A model generated the notes under the pieces. That model was not told where the DNA came from. It was given only the letters and a program-made list of their open reading frames with translations, and did no database searches. Of a stretch of 64,000 nucleotides of DNA, positions 59,843 through 64,000 are shown in pieces (within the stretch, counting starts at the first letter, position 1; every line of letters begins with the position of its first letter). This DNA comes from an uncultured Bacteroidales bacterium (GTDB lineage: Bacteria; Bacteroidota; Bacteroidia; Bacteroidales; VadinHA17): positions 267,274-331,273 of the forward strand of contig CAWDYR010000017.1 in the NCBI GenBank assembly GCA_963806555.1, written 5' to 3'. The position numbers and the translations under genes are program-made.

Positions 59843-60442
59843 TTAGTCATGTTCTAGTTGTTCTATCTCGTCAATATCTTTATTGAGCTTTTTGTAACGT
59901 TCATAAATTGAATATTTAAAAGTAAGATACATTGATGAGAAGAAAACCAGGACAATCAATAGCAAAGGTAGAATTGAGAAAAAATCTAACGTGATAGTAA
60001 TCTTATGAATAATCATTAATAGAAATCCTATCATTGCCAGAGGCATTAAAAGATATCTTATTTTGGTGGTCTTTATTTTATATTTCTCAAGTTCTGCAAT
60101 AACCTTTTTTATGGACAATACTGGCATAGTGAAATCAATTTCACGAATCAGTGTGAAATATCTGATATCCCAGATATAGTTGATAATATAAACAGGTAGA
60201 AACAAGCCTAATCCAATAAAAAATTTCGTAGAAATATTAAATTGAACATTCAGAATCAGTATTAATGAAACAAACAGAATAGGAGAAAAAATCCATAATC
60301 CTGCATTGATTTTTATCCAGTTTAATCTTTTCCGGGGTTTTTCAATTAATATATGTCTCAATACTTCTTTATTAAGGCGGGTATTTTCCGTTATTTTTTT
60401 ATCATATTCCTGCCATATATTTTGTAATTCTGCTAATTCCAT
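59843..60442 (-). CDS. polytopic membrane protein downstream of an ECF sigma (possible anti-sigma/partner)
   Basis: 199 aa: an N-terminal soluble ~40 aa (MELAELQNIWQEYDKK...) followed by 4 TM segments. It lies 4 nt after the sigma gene. Confidence 0.5.
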   Translation of the reverse strand: MELAELQNIWQEYDKKITENTRLNKEVLRHILIEKPRKRLNWIKINAGLWIFSPILFVSLILILNVQFNISTKFFIGLGLFLPVYIINYIWDIRYFTLIREIDFTMPVLSIKKVIAELEKYKIKTTKIRYLLMPLAMIGFLLMIIHKITITLDFFSILPLLLIVLVFFSSMYLTFKYSIYERYKKLNKDIDEIEQLEHD

Positions 60443-60446
60443 TTTG

Positions 60447-60950
60447 TTAAATTTTTGAAGTGGCTAAGTTTTTGAGTTGTTCTTTAATTCTGCTAATCCT
60501 TGTACCGACATTTGTCTTTGAAATCCCGGTTATCTCAGATATTTCATCATGTGAATTGCCATCCAGATAGAGCAGGATTATTGCTTTATTTAACTGATTT
60601 AACTCATCAATACACTGGTATAAGATTTCAGAATGTGATGAGTCCGGAGGTTCCGTTATCCAGACTGGACTTTCAAATTGTTTCAGATCAGCCGGAAAAT
60701 ACAACTTGTCACTTTTCTTTTTACGGTTAAAATTCAGGGAAGTGTTAATTGCTACACGGTAGATCCAGGTAGATATTCTGGAATCTCCTTTAAATCGTCC
60801 AAATGATTTCCAAAGTTCCAGAGTAATGTCATTAATCAAGTCCTCTTTATCATGCATCGAATTTGTATATGCTCTCGAAATCTTTAAAAGAATCCCGATA
60901 TTTTTTTCTAAAATATCAAGAAATATGTCCTTTTGTTTATTGTCTGTCAT
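60447..60950 (-). CDS. ECF-type RNA polymerase sigma-70 factor
   Basis: Region 2 (DLINDITLELWKSF...TWIYRVAINTSLNF) and a region 4 HTH (SHDEISEITGISKTNVGTRISRIKEQL). Confidence 0.85.
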   Translation of the reverse strand: MTDNKQKDIFLDILEKNIGILLKISRAYTNSMHDKEDLINDITLELWKSFGRFKGDSRISTWIYRVAINTSLNFNRKKKSDKLYFPADLKQFESPVWITEPPDSSHSEILYQCIDELNQLNKAIILLYLDGNSHDEISEITGISKTNVGTRISRIKEQLKNLATSKI

Positions 60951-61110
60951 TTGTCATGCTGTTACTGTTTTTGGTAAAAATTATTCTGTGATCACATTTT
61001 ACCCAATTAGTAACAGAGCCTGGTTAAAAATCACATAGGACGATGTATTTACTTTTGAAGAATTAATTCATTGAGCTGTTAGCGTTTCGCGCACCCTGAG
61101 GGGAGCGAAG

Positions 61111-61224
61111 GGTGGGTGCAAGAACCATTACAAATCTGTCTTGTGAGCAGGAGCACCTGCCTGCCGGCAGGCAGGAAAGCAAAAACCGTGACAAACAACT
61201 TACCCATATTGTCCGTGTTATAGC
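61111..61224 (-). other. attC-like element (about 114 nt) after hicB
   Basis: Minus strand: GCTATAAC-ACGGACAATATG...perfect palindrome CCTGCCTGCCGGCAGGCAGG...GATTTGTAATG-GTTCT. Arm pairing is imperfect (AAC/GTT, CAA/TTG). It shares the 45-nt module. Confidence 0.4.
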
Positions 61225-61237
61225 TAGTGTTATTATT

Positions 61238-61639
61238 TTAAAGTCTATGTATAAGGTTTATTTCCAGGAGTTCTTGTCCGATCTGATGAATGCCAAGTAG
61301 AATTTTCTCAGTTTGGGCATCAGAAGGTCTCTTGCGACCTTGCACATATTGTGAAAGCAGTGTCGGATTCATGCCTATCTTATTAGCAAGAAACTTTGCA
61401 TTTATAACTTTATAATATTGGAAGAATTGTTTAAAGTCAATGTCAAACTTAAGATTCTCCTGAGCAATTACAATTTTCTCTTCTTCAAAGTAGAGATTTG
61501 CAGCTTCAAGGGCATTATTTATTAACTCGGGTACTGTTCTGCCCGTAGTATAAATTGGATATATCTCAGAAAAAGCTGAAAAACCAGTGTCTGTTTTTTC
61601 AACCATCATTTTTATCTTTTTATTTGTCGTTTTCATCAC
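61238..61639 (-). CDS. hicB: HicB-family antitoxin with a C-terminal HTH
   Basis: MVEKTDTGFSAFSEIYPIYTTGRTVPELINNALEAANLYFEEE..., then an XRE-like FLANKIGMNPTLLSQYVQGRKRPSDAQTEKIL. Confidence 0.8.
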   Translation of the reverse strand: MMKTTNKKIKMMVEKTDTGFSAFSEIYPIYTTGRTVPELINNALEAANLYFEEEKIVIAQENLKFDIDFKQFFQYYKVINAKFLANKIGMNPTLLSQYVQGRKRPSDAQTEKILLGIHQIGQELLEINLIHRL

Positions 61640-61650
61640 ACCTCAAATTT

Positions 61651-61845
61651 CTAATTGTCTAACTTTATTCCGGCATCCTTGAGAATCTTTTTCTCTAAAC
61701 CTTTACCAACCTCCTGACTTCCATGATTTGGAAAGATGATAATCCCTGGTTTTTTATTATGCTTAAGTTTTACATGTGATCCTTTTTGTGAGATCGGAAA
61801 CCATCCATCTCTTGTCAGGATCTTAAATAATTCAGAACATTTCAT
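61651..61845 (-). CDS. hicA: HicA-family mRNA interferase toxin
   Basis: MKCSELFKILTRDGWFPISQKGSHVKLKHNKKPGIIIFPNHGSQEVGKGLEKKILKDAGI is the canonical YcfA/HicA pattern. Confidence 0.85.
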   Translation of the reverse strand: MKCSELFKILTRDGWFPISQKGSHVKLKHNKKPGIIIFPNHGSQEVGKGLEKKILKDAGIKLDN

Positions 61846-61935
61846 TGACAAATTGAATCACAAATATGCTACAAAGGTAAATAATAATTTACTTTCTCGC
61901 AAGGAAATTATTATCGGAATTGGTACTGGCATTAG

Positions 61936-62052
61936 CTATAATGGCCCGGCAATAAAGAGGGCCGGGCGTTTAGGAACAGCCCGGTGGGCTGTTGTCTCTG
62001 CTTAAGCATAACGGCCAGGCAATAAAAGGCGTTTTATTGTCCTTGTTATAAA
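61936..62052 (-). other. cluster of three hairpins: two attC-like mini-palindromes flanking a perfect 7-bp stem-loop
   Basis: On the + strand: B is CTATAAT-GGCCCGGC-AATAAAGAG-GGCCGGGC-GTTTAGG (61936-61974). T is AACAGCCC-GGT-GGGCTGTT (61976-61993). A is GCATAAC-GGCCAGG-CAATAAAA-ggcg-TTTTATTG-TCCTT-GTTATAA (62006-62052). Confidence 0.5.
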
Positions 62053-62062
62053 CCGTTTATTA

Positions 62063-62494
62063 TTAAAGCTTCGAGCAGGCAAGACATTTGTCCCGGTGAA
62101 CACTTAATGTTGCTCCACAAGCCATACATTTTCTTCTTTCTGTCTCGAATGCAAGAAAGTAATCTATTCCTTTCTCTTTTATCATGATAAGATTTTCAAG
62201 AACACTTGTGTTGTATTTTGTCCTATATCTTTTATCAAGTTGTTTTAATCTCAGGCATGGATATTTCTGGCATTCATAGCAGAACTTAGAATCTGTTTTT
62301 TGTAGTAGATCACAATTTCTGATGACACAATGAACTCTTGCTTTACCTTGATCTACTTGCCAACATCCCGGGCATTTATTCTTTGGTCTCATATAGCCAA
62401 TGCAGGAACCACAGTTCATTCCGCAAGGAGCCAGCATGGATTTTTCAAAAGTGACTGAGGTGTTATAGGTTTTATTGGTTGCAGAATGTCTCAT
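62063..62494 (-). CDS. DUF3795 Cys-rich protein (second paralog)
   Basis: CGMNCGSCIGYMRPKNKCPGC...CVIRNCDLL...FCYECQKYPC...CMACGATLSVHRDKCLAC. Confidence 0.7.
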   Translation of the reverse strand: MRHSATNKTYNTSVTFEKSMLAPCGMNCGSCIGYMRPKNKCPGCWQVDQGKARVHCVIRNCDLLQKTDSKFCYECQKYPCLRLKQLDKRYRTKYNTSVLENLIMIKEKGIDYFLAFETERRKCMACGATLSVHRDKCLACSKL

Positions 62495-62577
62495 ATCATG
62501 ATGAATTTTCTATTTGTGCAGTATACAAAAAACTTTCTTTTGGGCAGGATTTCAATGGTTTATAACGGCCCGTCAAA

Positions 62578-63522
62578 TTAGTTACATATAGTTATTGCTA
62601 CACCTCCTTTTTTGTGTCCTTTTCCTACATATTCGTGAGCTTCAACAATTTGTTCCAAAGGATAACTTCTATCAACGACTGGTTTTATATGACCATTTTC
62701 AATCAGCTCTTTGATTAAAGCAAGACGGTTTGAGTCTAATATTAGTTTTCCATCATCAATTGATACGTATTTTCCCTTTGGGGTAAGAGCCTTTTTGCAC
62801 GCTTCCTTTAATTTTGAGGTTTTAATTTTACCAACTGCATCAAGGATAAAATCATATTGCTTTATAAGGTTAATAGAATCCTCTTTAGTGTAATCAATTA
62901 CTGTATCTGCTCCCAAAGATTTCACCAGTTCTATATTCGATGTACTGCATACACCGGTAACTTCCGCCCCAAGGTACTTAGCATATTGAACTGCTGTAGT
63001 CCCGGAGGTTCCTGAAGCTCCATAAATAAGCACTTTTTGTCCGCGTTGAATATTTCCTTTTTCCATATATTGAAATGCTAAAAGTCCGCCATAGGCTGCC
63101 ACAGTCGCTTCTTCATAGGATAAATTATTTGGTTTTAGTGCCAGACATCCATATGTCGAATCTGTCTCTTTCATGCATTTGTACTCAGCATATGCACCAA
63201 GTCCAAAACCTGTGAGCCCATAGACCTGGTCACCTGGTTTAAATCTCTTTATGTTTTTACCTGCTGATTCAATTTCTCCTGCCAGCACCAAACCTATTAT
63301 AGACTTTCTCGGTTTTGTCAAACCAAGCATTATTCGCATCGGGATCCAAAATTGAATAGGTATTTGAGAACCCCGAATGAAAATGTCACTTGCTGTTACT
63401 GCTGTAGCATATATTTTTATGAGTACTTCATCATCCTTAGGAGCAGGTTTTTCAACCTCTTTGAGTTTAAGAACTTCAGGTGGTCCGTATTTTGTGCATA
63501 TAATTGCTTTCATTTTTTCCAT
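62578..63522 (-). CDS. MDR-family NAD(P)H quinone oxidoreductase / Zn-type alcohol dehydrogenase (intact paralog)
   Basis: MKAIICTKYGPPEVLKLKEVEKPAP...GASGTSGTTAVQYAKYLGAEVTGV...GHIKPVVDRSYPLEQIVEAHEYVGKGHKKG. Confidence 0.85.
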   Translation of the reverse strand: MEKMKAIICTKYGPPEVLKLKEVEKPAPKDDEVLIKIYATAVTASDIFIRGSQIPIQFWIPMRIMLGLTKPRKSIIGLVLAGEIESAGKNIKRFKPGDQVYGLTGFGLGAYAEYKCMKETDSTYGCLALKPNNLSYEEATVAAYGGLLAFQYMEKGNIQRGQKVLIYGASGTSGTTAVQYAKYLGAEVTGVCSTSNIELVKSLGADTVIDYTKEDSINLIKQYDFILDAVGKIKTSKLKEACKKALTPKGKYVSIDDGKLILDSNRLALIKELIENGHIKPVVDRSYPLEQIVEAHEYVGKGHKKGGVAITICN

Positions 63523-63553
63523 ATCACATATTTTATTGATTTGATGTATACAA

Positions 63554-63677
63554 AGCAGGTAAGTGGGCAGGGGAGGGGTCCGGGTTTGTCCCCAGGTTCT
63601 GGTCCCGGTAGACGACTCAGAACCCTCGCAAAAACTGTGACAAACTTATTTACTTTTTTGACCATATTAGCTGCTGT
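63554..63677 (-). other. attC-like element (about 124 nt, boxes degenerate)
   Basis: Minus strand: AGCAG-CTAAT-ATGG...TTTGTCACAGTTTTTGC...CCAC-TTAC-CTGCT. Arms pair as AGCAG/CTGCT, TAA/TTA and TGG/CCA. It starts directly after the upstream stop. Confidence 0.35.
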
Positions 63678-64000
63678 TTATTTCATTCCTGTTAGCACTT
63701 TTTCTAATATTAAATTAAATTCTGTCGGTTTTTCTATCATTGGATAATGTCCTGTTGCAGAGATAGTTTCCACTTGAAAACTATTTTTACAATGGTTTTT
63801 CAGTCCAGTTTCGTTTGTTGGAAAACCGTCATTATTTATTAAATACAACTTGTAATTAAGCTGTTCTAATCTTTGTGCATCGGTGTAAGCGTATTGCATT
63901 TGGTTCATAAATGTTCCATAGCCAATAACGGAATCGCTATTTGCAAAATCAGTTTTTACTCTGTCTTTCACTTCCTTTGAAGTTGTTGGGTGAAAAAGCA
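63678..64000 (-). CDS. alpha/beta hydrolase, C-terminal part (gene starts beyond the window end)
   Basis: ...ISATGHYPMIEKPTEFNLILEKVL is the typical catalytic-His C-terminus. The frame is open to position 64000. Confidence 0.6.
   Translation of the reverse strand, partial: LFHPTTSKEVKDRVKTDFANSDSVIGYGTFMNQMQYAYTDAQRLEQLNYKLYLINNDGFPTNETGLKNHCKNSFQVETISATGHYPMIEKPTEFNLILEKVLTGMK

Noticed and set aside
62556-62585. attC site directly after the MDR gene stop (ATGTAAC-14 nt-GTTATAA)
   Set aside because: Only ~28 nt separate the outer ends of the two boxes, which is too short for a functional attC. It is probably a deleted remnant (only the GGCCCG...GTTATAA arm is homologous to neighbouring sites), so it is not listed as a feature.
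63352-63747. 131-aa + strand ORF spanning the spacer at 63.5-63.7 kb
   Set aside because: It is antisense to the MDR oxidoreductase start and runs across the attC-like palindrome. It has a low-complexity Gly/Pro/Arg stretch from the GC-rich hairpin.

Overview
The window looks like a Bacteroidota chromosome segment. This rests on gene content (DUF4293, a BF3164-type beta-propeller lipoprotein, a TonB receptor plus lipoprotein pair, an OmpA/TPR protein), a TAnnTTTG-type promoter box, and weak Shine-Dalgarno signals. No database search was possible, so every family call comes from motifs I read in the translations.

Layout:
- 0-13 kb: housekeeping and envelope genes. These are an RND pump plus adaptor, pyrBI, yigZ-like, NamZ-like, a 5'-nucleotidase, queE and an OmpA-family protein.
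- 12.6-22.2 kb: an unusual locus. An unannotated 45-codon ORF with a textbook double-glycine leader sits next to a C39-peptidase ABC exporter and HlyD adaptor, a secreted TPR-CHAT (caspase-fold) protein, a sigma factor, an anti-sigma-like TPR membrane protein, and a histidine-kinase-like protein that lacks the phospho-acceptor His.
- 22.6-29.5 kb: DUF349, pyrG, yidC and a LacI regulator.
- 29.7-36.2 kb: a cobalamin riboswitch followed by a btuB-like receptor, a beta-propeller lipoprotein and a BtuFCD-like ABC importer.
- 36-47 kb: assorted metabolism, including two adjacent aconitase-family dehydratase sets under an AraC regulator, then tRNA-Arg(TCT).
- 47.2-64 kb: 23 consecutive minus-strand ORFs. 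They include arr (rifampin ADP-ribosyltransferase), HigBA, HicAB, paralogous and decayed genes, and an IS200/RAYT-type transposase. They are separated by imperfect palindromes bounded by RYYYAAC / GTTRRRY-like boxes. I read this as an integron-type gene-cassette array; no integrase lies inside the window.

About 16 apparent frameshifts are present, at least 6 of them in the essential pyrG, and several sit at homopolymers. This points to consensus indel errors rather than true pseudogenes. Three simple-sequence intergenic repeats and one long imperfect palindrome (a possible structured RNA) are also noted.
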